Shown here one piece after another: positions 35,627 to 49,313 of a DNA stretch of 64,000 nucleotides (within the stretch, counting starts at the first letter, position 1; each line of letters begins with the position of its first letter). This stretch comes from Phyllosticta citribraziliensis. Taxonomy: Eukaryota. The notes under the pieces were generated by a model that had not been told where the DNA came from, ran no database searches, and was given only the letters and a program-made list of their open reading frames with translations. Location: positions 310,001-374,000 of the forward strand of contig NW_027117339.1 of the NCBI RefSeq assembly GCF_038025025.1. Direction: 5' to 3'. Position numbers and translations under genes: made by a program.

Positions 35627-38626
35627 TCCATTTCGGGGCTGGTTTTGAGCACAGAACAGCAGTCGTGGCCCGGGGGAGAGGCTCGGGGAAAACAGGAGGT
35701 CCGTCACGCGGAAACGATCGGTGTTACGCGTGACCTCCTCTACTGGTAGAGAAATACAGCGGAAATGATTTTTATTTCGTCTAAAAACGCATCAACGTCA
35801 TACATTTTCTCCAAGTATAAGGCAGACACTGACATGAGCTCCATGGCCATGTCGAGCAGAGGGGAAAGGGGAGGCCTTCAGCCCCTGAATCTTCCCACAA
35901 CATGGACATGTCCTACCACTGCGAGTGTCCCTGTCTTGGTGGAGCCGAGCGATCAAGCATGACCACCACTCCCAAATTTGATGGAGGCTTTGAAATCGAA
36001 TGCTGCCAGCTTGCGCAAAGTCTACCAAAGATTGGACCGCGTAACGTCTTTGGAGCCTGACACACTTGTGCAATGCACAGCATGAATTGCCTCTCCCCAA
36101 AATGATGCGGTGTCAGAAGAGAAACCAAGGAGCTTCAAGGTACGTAGTCATCCACGCGTTCTTTCGACGCACAGTTGAACGGAGACATCCAGATCATCTC
36201 CATAGACTCGCGAGCAACTCTGGAATCTCCCGCAGCCATGTCTCGAGGGAAATACCGCAGAACCAGGGAAAACCCCCGAAGAACACCTGCAGCCATCAAC
36301 ACCAACCCACCAGCTACCCCTGAGCATCTCTGAAACAAGACTCCAGCACGCGGTCAGCCATCTCAACGCCTTCCGTGCCTGCAACGCCTCCGCCCACGGT
36401 GGCTTCGTCCACTGGCGGATGAGGGGAGTCCACGCGATCAAGCTCGCCGCTTTGAGCCACGCGAAGAATGCCAGGAGCGAGATAAAACACTCCTGCGCCT
36501 CCCGACGAGTGGGCGTTTCGTCATCCATGCAATCACCTGGTCGGTGCAGCGCGTGATGGGCGACTGGCTGATGGGCTTTTGCGGTGGGCTGAGCAGAAAA
36601 AGAGATGGGCGATGCTGGGACGTCAAGGCTCGACAGCCGCGTAGCTGTGACTGGATGAGGCTGATGGGCACAGCGTGACGATTTGCTTCGCGACTACAGT
36701 TGCAGTTTTTGCAAACGCCGGCGGGTGCGACTTGGACGCTGTTCCGACTGGCCAGGTCAATCCGTAGGCCAGAGAACGACGGCGATGAGTAGATCAACGC
36801 GTCGAGTCAGAGTGACTGCGACTTTCAGTGGTTGCAGCCATGTCGATCGGACTTGGGAACCTGCCAGCCTACTTGCTGGCCTCTCCCCCCTCGCTCACGC
36901 AAGACTCATTATCACGCTCCGTCGGTCCACCCAGCGAGCAGCACCGCACTCTTCAGCCTCCCCGCACCATTGTGCGGACACAAAGCTGAAACCGTCCGCA
37001 TCACGCGTGCCAGCGCCGCCCTCTCACCACCGCGACGCCCCGAGGTTTCCGCTTCCACGGTCGTGGAAGCCAGCGTCAGGGCCACCGAGCACGGTAGCCG
37101 CGTCACGCGTCTGCTGTTGCGTCGTCAGCCGCTCGAGAGTTTTGGGTAACGAGCGGTCGAGGGCTTGGATTCGAGCCTCGCGCCTCAATCTTCCACTTTG
37201 TGCGCCCAGGCTGCTATGGCGGCGGCGTGCCGGCTCAGGGGGAGGGAGATGGGCGTGGGTTGAGGAGGCGTCGAAGCCAGCGCGAGCCAACGGCCGAGGG
37301 GAGAGCGGAGATGATGATGATGAGGGGCGTGATAGGTGGATGGGTAGACAGGAAGGGGCACAGGTGGGCGAGGCGAGTAGAGGTGCTCCTCTCTGACAGA
37401 CAACACCACGCCACTTCCCATCCCCATGTCCGTCTTTCTTATCCTCCTTCTCCTCACTCTCCCGCCTCGCCCGGAGAAGCGTCAGCTGTGATCGACCTCC
37501 AGCCATCCAGCGCAACGGAAAGCGCGCGAGACGAGCGCACCGGACGAACCCACGCAGTGCCCAAACTCTAATCGACCCGGCACACTGGGCGGCGTTTGTG
37601 CCATGGACTGGCCGGCCGAGGGCCCAGCCTATCCGCCGCCAGCACCAGACAGGGGAGAAGCGAGAGCGAGAAGGGGAGGGGAAAGGCAGGGCAAGACATG
37701 GAGGACGGAAGCCCGCCGCGTACGTACGCAGGGCACGGACGGGGGTCTGGCTGCCCTGCCCAGCGACCATGCAGGCAGCAAACCTACACACGCGCATGTA
37801 GGATGTGCAATTACAGTATGTATGTACGTATTGTGCTAGCAGACGCGCACCACGGGGTCGGTGGCAGAGCGGTACGGAGCGCGACACAGGCATGGACAGG
37901 CCCGTCTGCAGCTATCCGTCCCGTATACCGGGCGGCTGCTTGCGTTGCGTTCGTGCGTGATGAGGGGTTGTGTATTGTCTGCCTGTTTCTGCCTGCTTGC
38001 CTGCCCACCTGCGTGGCTTCTCGTCTTCTTCGTTGCATCGTGATGTGCCGGCTCGAGGTCCTGACAAGAATAGCTGTGCGGGTGGTGGGCGCATGAAAAT
38101 GGCTCCCACTGATGGTTGTACAAGTATGCGTACGGCGAGTCTTTTATGCGTGGGAAGAATGCCCTTTCCATCATCAGTGGACCGCAGTTCAATCATGCTG
38201 TTAGATGACGAATAAGTGGATGAAATTTTGGTTGAAAGTGGATAAGTGGTGAAGTGAAGAAGTAGAGGTCTGATATGAGCAAGTGAGACCAAAGGAGATG
38301 AACCCATTATCCATGAGGCTCCTGACACCAGACGCCTGGCTCGTATTCCAGTTTCCTGGTGCCGTCGAACCCCCCAGCCTGCTTGCCAGCAAAGAAACGT
38401 GACGCGACATACCCAAGGAGAACATGTGCGAGGAAAAGCCAGCACACCCCGAATAGGAAATGCCAATCTTTTTTCTTCTTCTTCAACGACCATCAGTCCA
38501 GCAGCCCGCCCGCATGCGCCCCACCAGGCATGGATGGTATCCTCGCACCAGTGCTGAAGCGAGGACCGGCCCCTGCCCATCTAATGCAATACATGCATGC
38601 AACAATCGAGTCGTCTGGAGCGTCAA

Positions 38627-39751
38627 TCACACCTCGCACTTGATGCCCCCTTTTCCACTGCCACCCGCCGACGCCGCCGCCTCGCTCGATCCAGCCGCGC
38701 CGCCAGCAGCCAGCTCGCCATTCAGAATCTCGACCAGCTTGCGCACTCGCTCCCCGTCGCGTCCCCTTAGAGCGGCGCCGCCACCACCTCCCTGCCCCGC
38801 CTCGACGATGCTCCCAATGACGCGCCTCAGCGCTGCCGCTTTGCCCTCGCCGCTGCTGCTGTCCATGTCGGCGAAGCCCTCGCCACCGACGTATGTTCCC
38901 TTGAGCAGCGCGTCTTCGTCGAGCGGCGACATGGAGCCCGACTCGACCGCTTCGTCCGATGTCAGGAGGTGGATCACGCGGCGCAGCTTCTCGTACGCGG
39001 AGCTGAGCTCGGCGTGCGACGTCTCCAGCTTGGTGTACTTGTCGGATAGCATGGCGAGTTGCGTTTCGAGGTCGCGGGCGTGCTTTTCTTTGCGTTCGCG
39101 GAATGCGCGTTGGGCGGCTCGATTCTGGGCCCGTCGGCGCTGGAAGTCTTGTCAGTATTTGACTTGAGATGTGATTAAGGGGTGGACTCACTCCGCTTGT
39201 TGTATGCGTCCTCTCCGTTGGAACGACACCATTCACGCTCCACGTCGCTTGCTGGCCGTAATTTTGTTGCGTTTGGATAGGCACCTGCTGGAATGACTGG
39301 TGTTCGTGGGCAAAATTGGCATAGTTCAGCTCCATGCTGCTGCTGCGGCGGGGACTGAAGCATGGACTTGTGATTTCGTCGGCGGAGCAAAACTCGCTGG
39401 GCGTGACGGGCTGATTGGGCTGATAGGTGACATTGCCATGGAACGGCGAGACTGGATTTTGAAAGTACTGCTGCTGATACTGTTGTGTTTGCGCAGGCGG
39501 TGCGTTGGGAGTCGGGACGTCGAAGGTTGTTGATGTCTTTGTCTTCGTAAGTTGAGATGCGCGATCGGAGGAACCGAACTGGACAAAACGAAAGAAGGAG
39601 GCAATGAACCACTGGCAGAAGAAAGACGTACAGGTGAGGCGCTAAGGCTAGGGACGCTAGCAGCGTCAGGGGTATAATCGTAGGCACCCCTAGCTGGAGC
39701 TGGGTAGTACTCTTGCGGAGGTATCCAATACTCGACCCGTTGGCCCTCCAT
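38627..39751 (-). CDS. bZIP transcription factor (AP-1/Yap-like basic region, no obvious Cys-rich domain)
   Basis: Three exons (introns 39537-39631, 39140-39191, both phase 0): MEGQRVEYW..TTSG|RRRAQNRAAQRAFRERKEKHARDLETQLAMLSDKYTKLETSHAEL. Confidence 0.88.
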
Positions 39752-41937
39752 ATCTCCGAAGAACAGCAAAAAGCTAGTGGGAATGGTTTGCGGACCAGGC
39801 TGACGGCGTCCTCTCAGGACTTTGGGCTAAATATTGTTGCAAGGCTGATGGAGGTGCGGGCCAGAACGTTGATCGTATGGGTCTCGAGCGGGTTTCCCAA
39901 AATGGCTTTGATCAGTTATATTCTCAAAGGTGGTGTGTCGTCAGGAACCGCGCACGAGGGACCAAAGTAAACTTAAATGATCCCACACGTCTACGCGTCG
40001 AGGCTCGGAATTACCCTGAGGGCGGTATGAAATCCATAGGGCTTGGTCTCCACACAACTTGGCAAGTTGCCGGAGCGAAGGATATTCAGAGGCACTCCAC
40101 CAGCGGGGGTCCTCAAGCGGCGAGCCGAGCGGCATGGATGGGCGTGGAAATGCGGGCTAAACTCCAGCGCCACGCAGTTGGAAACTCCGCTCGAAACCCG
40201 TGTACTGCTACTGCTGCTGTGTGCTGGCGCAGAGGTTACCTGAGCAGGGGACGGTGGTTGCACTGCGAGGCATATGATGAGGGCGAGTGGAGAAGTGATT
40301 GGATTCCAAAGCCACACGGCTGCGGCCCGCTCATGGAGACGTCAACGTGGGTTTCAAGGGCACGAGCTTGACTCGGCAAGTCTAAACGGCCCACGACGAG
40401 AAAAGCTGTCAGCCTTGCAGGAGGATCGACTTCTTCAGGGCTCGCCCTATTCGGCATATCGCTGGCCAAGACAGGCTGTCGAGAGAGGGCTCTTCCACGG
40501 GCAACGCGGATAGGGCAATCGCCCCATGTCAGCACCCATCACCAACTGATACGTGCCTGAATTTGGGCGCTCTTCAGTCAATGTCATCCATGCATGGCCA
40601 GTCTCGCCGGAGGAAGCTTGATCTGGTAGGGCTGAAGGTGAGATGGCGCTCCAAGCCGACAGTGGCACCCGCACAGGCGTGTTGCTGTCCCAAGCAGAGG
40701 CAGTCGCTGGTTGGTGGCTTCGGCACGGGACGTTGAGTTTCTGCTTAAAAGGCTGATACAATGCAACATTGCTTCCATCGAGAGCCTGACAAGGTGCAAA
40801 TTGCATTGCGCGGTCCCCTCCTTCAATGATATCAGAAGCAGGTTCCGCGCGGGGCCAAGTCTCGGGTATAAGCCAGTGGGCGGTGCTCGGGTTTTCGTCG
40901 AGTCTTGTATCCTCAATCAGGGGCATCTAGCGATTTTACAGGCTTGGAGCAATTTTACAGGCTTGAACTCGGCCGCGAGGAGTGCTGGGCACAACAGGCT
41001 GTCTGATCATCGATGGTGGAATCACCTCGACCCCTGGTCGATGATTACACCGGGCTTTGAGTCGGCGTTCTGCCCTGGTCCGCAGCAACATCCGGAATTC
41101 GGACGTTTTGATTCGCTGCAGGACTTTTTGGCGTGCCAGGACCCTCAACTTTGGCGAGGGGAAGCTGTCATGTGGTGGTGAGCAGCCGCTCTTCGCCTGC
41201 ATGCAGACGGCCCTTAGCGACGCGGAATACAACCAAAGGCAGTTCCTGTAGCCTATCTTGGTCGCACCAGCAGCGCGGAGAAAGCGCTCCGGCCTGCCTT
41301 TGCTCGTATTGCCCGACTTGGACGCTCGTTGGAGAGATTTCAGGAAATAATGCACCTGAAGCTGGATTTAACAATTCGACTTGATACCATGTCAACGGAA
41401 TGATCCATTCGGCAATGGCTCCTGGATCGATCGCCGTCTTGGAATGGCAAATAAGCGAAAAAACGGACAATGAGCGTCTGAATCTGTAGTACAGTTGCAA
41501 AGACTTTTTGCAAGGCTGAGAGGAGAGGTCAATTCGTAACCTTGGCATGATGCGTCTGATAGGCAAGAATCGCGTAAGACAGCCACTAGTCTGCAAATAG
41601 ACACCTGTGGTCACTGAATGGGGCCGACCGGTTGCCCGGCTGGGCTTCCCGTTGCGAGCATGTGCCGTCCGCCATGGGCGCGTTTTGATCGCCCGCTGTG
41701 AAGCAATCGCACATCGGAATCCGCGCGGCGGCATGCGCAACATATCATGACGCCTCCAACGCCCAGGTCTCGAGATTGTGCTTGTACTGAAATTGAAATA
41801 ATGTTGGTTCGATTTGATTGGTCGCAGAAGAGTCTTGGTGTTGGGCGGGGAAGCGAGGTCGACTTGGTCCAATACTTCATTCAGCTCGCGGCGCCCAAAC
41901 CAAAGGTTGATTGGCATTCTCGCTGAGAAGTAGCTAA

Positions 41938-43115
41938 TCAGTACAGACCCTTGACGAGTTCTGCAACCTTGTCGTAAAGCGGCCCCTGGTCCTGGCGCGT
42001 TGCCCTCTGGACGATGATTGGGAGCTGATCCTCGCCGACGTTGTACTCTCTCAGGCTTGTCTTTAAGCCAACAATTTCCACCAACTCCAGAATCGCGTCC
42101 CCCACCGCCGTGGCGTCCAATTGATCATTCCCGGTCCTTGCAAGGCCAACAAACGGCGCCATTCTCGCGATCTGCGCAGCAGCGTCGGGTTCTTGAGCCT
42201 TGAGCTTGATGACATGTCCAAGGGTCAAACAAGAAGTGATGCCATGCGGGATCGAGTATGGGCTTCCAAGAGCATAGCCCAGCGCGTGCGACAAGCCCAA
42301 TCCTCCTTTGACGTTGGTCCCAAGAAATCCTAGACTCCCAAAAGCAGAAAGCTGCAGTTGGGTAATGACATTTTCGTTTTTGGGGTCGGTTTTGTACTTG
42401 GGGAGATTGATAAACAGGTTTGATGCGGCTGACAGACACATTTGCCTTGCAGGGACTTCTGTTGCAGTTGGGTGGAACATTAATTCCATCGCGTGGTCTA
42501 ATGCACGAAATCCAGTCGACAGCCAAAGCTTCGGAGGTGTTTCCAAGGCGAATTTCGAATCATAGATGATGGCTGTTGGACGTTAGAAGGCCGCAGGAGC
42601 TTTCGGATTTTCTTACCGTGAGGAACCAGTTCGGGATGTCCGACGCTCGTCTTGACACCATCTTCTTGCGTGAAGCCGGCGCTGAAGGTGCATTCGGCAG
42701 CGCTCAGAGTGGTGGGAATCGTTATATGGTAGAGATATTTGCCAACTCGTTCATGCACATTGTAAGAAATGGCTTTGGCCGTATCGATAGGACTTCCACC
42801 TCCAATCGAGACCAACGTGTCAACGTCGGAATCTTTCAAAATCATGTCAGTCGCCTCGTTGAGCTGGGCGATTGGCGCATGTTGCTTGATGTTGGCAAAA
42901 GTTCCCGCATGCTTTTGTCCAAGCAGAGCTTCGACTTGTTTGACCAATGGCGTCTTGGTAGCCAGAGAAGAACCAGTAATGATGAAGACCCTGGACGATT
43001 CTTTTGGGAGTGACTCTATCAGATGCTTGTCAACTGACTTTGGCCCGTACCACAGCTTCTCGAGATGATTTGGTTTCCAAAGGCCTGAGAGTGGACGTGT
43101 GGTCGCGTCAACCAT
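41938..43115 (-). CDS. Iron-containing alcohol dehydrogenase / maleylacetate-reductase-like
   Basis: SIGGGSPIDTAK, IPTTLSAAE, RALDHAME, SHALGYALG..IPHG metal ligands; intron 42573-42616. Confidence 0.9.
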
Positions 43116-43518
43116 TTTGGACCTGTGTCTGGACAGTATTAACAATGCAGCTCGAACTCTGCTCGTAACGGTACTCTGCACTCACTTGATGGTCGTGGCT
43201 GACGTCAAAGATGCCGATAAGATGCCGCGAGGACGTCCAGGTCGCAAAAGGAGGGGTCGGAATGACGTAACGGCTCTGGTGATAATAGGTCTTGGGCGAA
43301 GGCGATGCATGGTTTATGAACCGGTGGTCGTGGATGCGGAGAAAGTCTAATGGCTACATTACAAAGCATCGGATGTATGGAGCTGACTGAAGTCTTGCCA
43401 CGGATCGCAAATCGACTGGCGTGCCGCCGCTGGCCCCGCAGTACCAGACCTCCTGCTGCCAGGAATACCAGACATCAGAGGAGCCCAGATGCAAACGACA
43501 TGGAGCTGCTCTGCCTCC

Positions 43519-44286
43519 TCAAGATTGACCGACTTCAGTAATGACTTGTCGCAGGTTTGACAGGTCGTGAGCGAAACGCCCGAGAAACAATCCATCCACT
43601 CCGTCTGCAAGCTTTGCAAATGTTCCTGGACCAGCACTCCCACCGTAGAGAATCCTTGTTGTGCCTTTTCTTCCGGCTACCAGCTTCCTCAATTCCTTTG
43701 TCACATTGACGACGTGGTCTGCGTCGGCTGGCTCCGCAGCGCCAATTGCCCATACTGGCTCGTAGGCCAGAATGACCTCTGCGTCATCAGGGACGGCCGT
43801 CAACACGGACCGCACTTGAGGACGGCATTCCTCGATGGCCGCCCCAACAGCGGCCGATGCAATGGCGCTGTGCTTCGTCTCGCCCACGCAAACCAGTGGT
43901 ATCAGACCGTGTTGCACGGCGGCTTGGACCTTTTTTGCGACCTGCTCGTTTGTTTCGCCAAATATCAGTCTCCTCTCAGCGTGTCCCAGTTCCACGATCT
44001 TGACGCCAGCCTGCTGTAGCACCAATGGCGATACTTCGCCCGTGTATGGCCCAGTCGATTCCCAAAAGGCATCCTGCGCGCCCAGCAGTACCGATGTGTT
44101 TTCCAAGAGGCGATGGGAGTCGACGAGGGATACAAAGTCGGGAATGACGAATAGGTCGACGTCGCTGGCTTGGGCGTGGGATGAGATGTCTGCGACGCCC
44201 TGGACATATGAGTGGGTGCGGGCTAGGTCAAAGTACATTTTGAGACTGGTGCCGACGAGGCGGCGCGGGCGCGGTGCGGCAGACAT
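43519..44286 (-). CDS. Triosephosphate-isomerase-family protein, non-canonical (TpiB-like)
   Basis: Intronless; SLKMYF, GAQD, GPYTGEVSP, ELGHAERR, AYEPVWAIG, YGGSAGP. Confidence 0.9.
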   Translation of the reverse strand: MSAAPRPRRLVGTSLKMYFDLARTHSYVQGVADISSHAQASDVDLFVIPDFVSLVDSHRLLENTSVLLGAQDAFWESTGPYTGEVSPLVLQQAGVKIVELGHAERRLIFGETNEQVAKKVQAAVQHGLIPLVCVGETKHSAIASAAVGAAIEECRPQVRSVLTAVPDDAEVILAYEPVWAIGAAEPADADHVVNVTKELRKLVAGRKGTTRILYGGSAGPGTFAKLADGVDGLFLGRFAHDLSNLRQVITEVGQS

Positions 44287-44954
44287 GGCGAATGGGAGGA
44301 GGAGGAGGAGGTATCTGGACGAGAGCAGCGTAAGGTAAGGTACAGGCAGGTATATAGAGCTGTTGTGTCAATGGTGTCTGGTGGTCAAGTGAGGGGCCCC
44401 GCGTGGGTGAGGTGGGATGCCTCTTGCGGCAAGCCGAGCTGCAGCGAGCGAAGTCGGCGTGTTGACGCTTGCGCTGCATGACGGCTAGTTAAATGGACCG
44501 GCGCGCAATAGGACAGAGCCGTCGTCGGCGACTTGTTGTATGTTGAGCGATGGTTCCCATGTCACGGCCGGTCGCTGCGGGTGCGGGCACTTTTGTGAGC
44601 TGGCCCCACCGCCCGCTGCGCTGCGCTGCGCAGCGCTGCGCTACCTTTTGCCAACCACCACTCCGACTCCGATCCACGCTTCTTTTCTCGCGACACTCGC
44701 TGCACCTCTAGCGCCCTCCGTTCCGTGGTTTATGCCGCGCCAGCTCGCCGACCGCTGGGCTCGCGTTAGATATTTCGGATAGCAGGCAATTGGCCTGGTG
44801 GAGGACTGTTTGTTCCCAAGAGCTTGGTCTACGTACGCCGTCCTTCATATTGTCCCCCGACCATTGTCCCCTCCTCTGCATGCCGCTAACGCCCGCCTCA
44901 GTTTCTTCTCAGCTCCAGTTTTGCGTCTAGTTGGCCTTCGTGCTCCTCGCAACC

Positions 44955-46974
44955 ATGCACATCTCTCAGAAATTGGCCGAAAACCACAAAAATGGCAAAC
45001 CATCCTTCTCCTTCGAGTTTTTCCCGCCCAAGACCGCCCAGGGTGTCCAGAACCTCTACGACCGCATGGATCGCATGCATGGTCTGGGACCGACCTTTAT
45101 AGACATAACCTGGGGCGCTGGTGGTAGAAACTCGCACTTGACTTGCGAAATGGTCAAGGTGGCGCAGTCGGTCTACGGCCTCGAGACGTGCATGCACTTG
45201 ACTTGCACCGACATGGAAAAGTCCAAGCTGGACGAGGCCTTGAAGCAAGCGTACTCTGCTGGCTGCAAAAACATTCTCGCGCTCCGCGGAGACCCGCCAA
45301 GAGAACAGGAAAAGTGGGAGGCTACCGCTGGAGGCTTCAGATATGCCAAGGACTTGGTCAAGTACATCAGGGACCAATATGGCAATCATTTTGACATTGG
45401 TGTTGCCGGCTACTCCGAGGGCTGCGACGACAACGACGACCCAGACCTGCTCCTCGACCACCTCAAGGAAAAAGTGGACGCTGGAGGCACCTTTATCGTG
45501 ACTCAAATGTTCTACGACGTCGACATTTTTATCGACTGGGCGAACAAGGTGCGCGCCAAAGGCATCAACGTGCCCATCATCCCGGGCATCATGCCCATTC
45601 ACACCTACGCGGCCTTTATGAGACGCGCAAACTGGACAAAGTGCCACATTCCTCCCGCTTGGCTCGAAGCACTGGAGCCTGTCAAGAATGACGATGCCGA
45701 AGTTCGGGAGGTGGGCAAGAACCTCATTTCGGAAATGTGCCGGCGGTTGATCGAGGCGGGCATTACGCATCTGCACTTGTAAGTGGTCGACGAGTGACTT
45801 TTGGAACTCTGCTAATTTTGTAGCTACACCATGAACCTGGCCCAATCAACGCGGATGGTGCTCGAAGACCTCGGCCTCACTCCGGACGTCCAAAGCCCCA
45901 TCGAGAAGCCTCTTCCCTGGCGCCAGTCTTTGGCTCCCGGCCGGCGCGAGGAAAACGTGCGCCCCATTTTCTGGAGAAACCGCAACCGGTCATACGTTGT
46001 TCGCACTCAGGACTGGGACGAATTCCCCAACGGACGCTGGGGTGATTCGCGATCCCCGGCCTTTGGAGAATTGGATCAGTACGGCATTGGCCTGAGGGGC
46101 ACCAACGAGCAAAACATGAAGCTCTGGGGCAGCCCCAAGTCTGTCCAGGACGTTGCGGATGCGTTTGTCAAGTACGTGGAGCGCAAGCTGGACAGTCTGC
46201 CCTGGAGCGAGCAGCCCATCACGAGCGAAGCCGATGAGCTCAAGGATGACTTGGTTGCACTCAACAAGCGGGGGCTGTTGACCATCAACTCGCAGCCCGC
46301 CGTCAACGGCGCCAAGTCTTCTCATCCCATTTATGGATGGGGCCCGCGTAACGGCTACGTCTACCAAAAGGCGTACCTCGAGGTCTTGGTCTCGCCGGAG
46401 CTCATTTCCGAGTTGATCACCAGAATCGAGCGAGACCCGGAAATGACCTACTACGCCGTCAACAAGAATGGAGACTTGAAGACCAACGCGCCCCCGGATG
46501 GGCCCAATGCCGTGACTTGGGGCGTCTTCCCTGGCAAGGAGATTGTCCAGCCAACCATTGTCGAGACCGTCAGTTTCCTTGCCTGGAAGGACGAGTTCTA
46601 TCGCCTGGGTCAGGACTGGGCCAAGTGCTTCCCTGCTGCGAGTCCCTCGAGACACTTGATTGGGAGTCTGATGGACTCGTGGTACCTTGTCAATATTGGT
46701 AAGTGCGTCATGGCTGCAGCCGTTCAAATCACTGATTGGTATTCTAGTACACAACGATTTCCACAACCCCAACGGCATCTTCAAGTTGTTTGAGGGCCTC
46801 CAAGCCCCGGACCTCGAAAAGGAAATTGCCATCACTGGCGAGACCGGAGTCATCAATGGCGAGGCGCACAAAGCCGAAACCAACGGGTCAACCCACTTGG
46901 CCGGCGCGACGACGAATGGCGAGTCAACCTCCGCCAAGACGAATGGCGCTACTGCAGTGCCCGTCGCCAACTAA
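44955..46974 (+). CDS. MET13: Methylenetetrahydrofolate reductase
   Basis: SFEFFPPKTAQGVQNLYDRMDRM, ITWGAGG, ALRGDPP, VTQMFYD, WDEFPNGRWGDSRSPAFG, NAVTWGVFPGKEIVQPT; introns 45779-45823 and 46699-46747. Confidence 0.95.
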
Positions 46975-48707
46975 ATTTCATCTACCTCTCGACGAACCTA
47001 ACGAATTCAACACGTACAAGTCAGTCCCATAACAAATAATGCGTTGCACACAGCGTCGGCGTTTTCTGGAGTTTCTGTCTTTTTCAACAAAAAGATGCTA
47101 GCTAGGCGTGGTAATCTGGGCGGAGCTAGCGAGCGAGGCGAGCGAAGCCAGCCGGCCGACGTGCAACAGCGACTACATTGGTAGCTGATTCAACACAAAA
47201 TCTCTTCTTACATACCCATTTCAACACCATGGCATACAAAATCGGGACGGAGGGTGGGGGGCAACTGGTTCAACAAAACAGGACATGGCTTCATTTTACA
47301 GAGACAGAGATTTGCGGTTTTGACTTCAACATCGGCGAATGATGAGTGGGAGATGGACGGCATGATGGGACGTCTACTTCAACATGCATGACGGTATGAT
47401 TTGGCTCTCTTCAGTTCGTCTTGTGCTTTGACGGCAGTAGGCAGATACGCGGGTACGGCCGCGCCGTGCTGAGAATTGAGAATGCGAGAATTCCATTGCA
47501 CGATGTTTCTCTGCCTCAGTGAGAGACACTGCGGCCGCAAAAAGTGACAGCACCTGACCCAACCAGGGCGGAGTGCGAAGTCTGTCAGAACTCTTCTTGG
47601 CGTCTAACCCTCCTTCCTCTACGGCGTCGGCATTTGAACCGCAGACTTGGAAACGCTGGAAGCTTATACTTTGTCAGTGAACCCTTGATCTGCGACAGCC
47701 GCTCTTTTGACCCTTCGTTCAGAATAGTCCGATTGGTGTCTTGCCGCACGTGACTTTTGACGGCTGTTGGAGCTGCGCTGCCTTCCCTGTTGCGGTGGCT
47801 CTGAAGTTGGTTTGTTGTCAGCAGCATTATATATCGACCTCGATGCTTCCTCTTTACATACACACACACCGCCGCCTTTCATGACGTACCATGGTGTTCT
47901 CCAAGTGGCAGCCTAGTTACCATCTACATCAAGGTCTTCTCCATCAATTCGATCAGCGGGGACTAGCAAAGACTCCAACGTCGGTCGGCTCTTACCTGCC
48001 GACTGGCATCCATACCAACGACGTAGACGACGCGTCGTTTTCGGACTGTGCGACCTATTCAAAGATTCCGGACGATGTGGACGGTTCGGAGATTTCTTGC
48101 TGGCGAGACGGCAGCCATCGCTCTTCCCTTCGATACTCTTCACTGGTGACTGGCCTGTCTCATTGAGAATTCGCTCTCGATGAACCAGACGAAAAGAAAG
48201 ACAGATATAATGAAGAGAGACGAGAATCCCTTTCTTTTTTTCCTTGGTCACTCATCAAACACACGACCACAACCCCAGCACTGGCCGTCCATGAACGAGC
48301 ACCATGTCGTCTCGTCTCGCCCCACCACAGCAAACCCTACAACAGTTGTGTCCGTCAGCGCGTGCTATCAGCGACAAGAAGAGCGCTGAAAGGCTAAACG
48401 CAAACGCTAACCCACCTCGACTGTTCCGTGCGCACGACACGGAAGCGCGTCCGCTTGACGCGAGGAGAAAGCTTGATTCACTGACTTTACTTTGCATTAC
48501 CCCACGATCAAGCTTGATTGAAAAAAATTCTGTCTTTACTCTGCTGGTTTACTCTCTGCTCTGTCTCTCTTCTCCACTGCCATCGCAGCACAGCAGCAAA
48601 ACGCGCGACACCTAAACACAGCAGCTCCTCCCTCACAAGCACCCGAGTTCCAAGAGACACCCCTCCACCACGAACTCAAACACTCGCCCACCAAAGAGAA
48701 AGCAGCC

Positions 48708-49174
48708 ATGGCCTCGTCCGCCCCCGCCGACCCACCCGTCACCGTCATGCTGACGTACCCCAACGTCGACGACGCCGTCTTCAACTACGACTACTACCTG
48801 CAGACGCACATGCCGCTGGCCGAGCAGGTGTGGCGGCCGCTCGGGCTGGTGGGGTATAGGGCTGTGAAGTGTGTCCCCTTTTCCCTTTCTCCCCCCCAAA
48901 TCCCAAAACCCCCATCATCCTGTTACCTACCTCTTACCTACCTCCTAACGATGTTGTTCGTAGAGTCTCTCTCGGCCCCACAGCCCACGAAGCGGGCAAA
49001 GCACCTTACAACGTCGTCTGCCTGCTCGAGTTTTCGTCGCGGAAAGATTGGGATAGGGCGTGGGAGGCGGCGCTGACGCAGCTGGTGCACGACGTGCCGA
49101 ATTTCTCGAACCAGATGCCGACGTTTTTGATCGGGGAGCGGTTTGCGGGGACGGTCGAGGTGGGGAGGGTGTAG
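48708..49174 (+). CDS. EthD-domain protein, copy 1
   Basis: YP..FNYDYYLQTHMPLAEQVW..DVPNFSNQMP; phase-2 intron 48869-48963. Confidence 0.85.
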
Positions 49175-49267
49175 GCTGGGGAGGGGTTGAGGGGGGAGTG
49201 GGATTGGGATGGGAGGGGGTGAGGGGGGGAAATTGAAGCGGACTTACAGTACAAATCTCCATGATGC

Positions 49268-49313
49268 CTACCTACCTACCGTACCTACCTACCGTACCTA
49301 CCTACCTACCTAC
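49268..49313 (+). repeat. Imperfect (CTAC)n microsatellite
   Basis: ctacctacctaccgtacctacctaccgtacctacctacctacctac. Confidence 0.8.

Noticed and set aside
35700..38600. ORFs downstream of the bZIP gene (e.g. 36148-36528, 37024-37893)
   Set aside because: No domain signal; simple-repeat-rich, UTR/intergenic character
39900..41917. ORFs of 100-249 aa upstream of the bZIP gene
   Set aside because: No recognisable motifs or splice structure; cannot be supported
43350..43521. Cryptic peroxisomal signal by read-through of the TPI-like stop
   Set aside because: Stop context is TGA GGA, not TGA CTA, and the extension ends in FVM, which is not a PTS1
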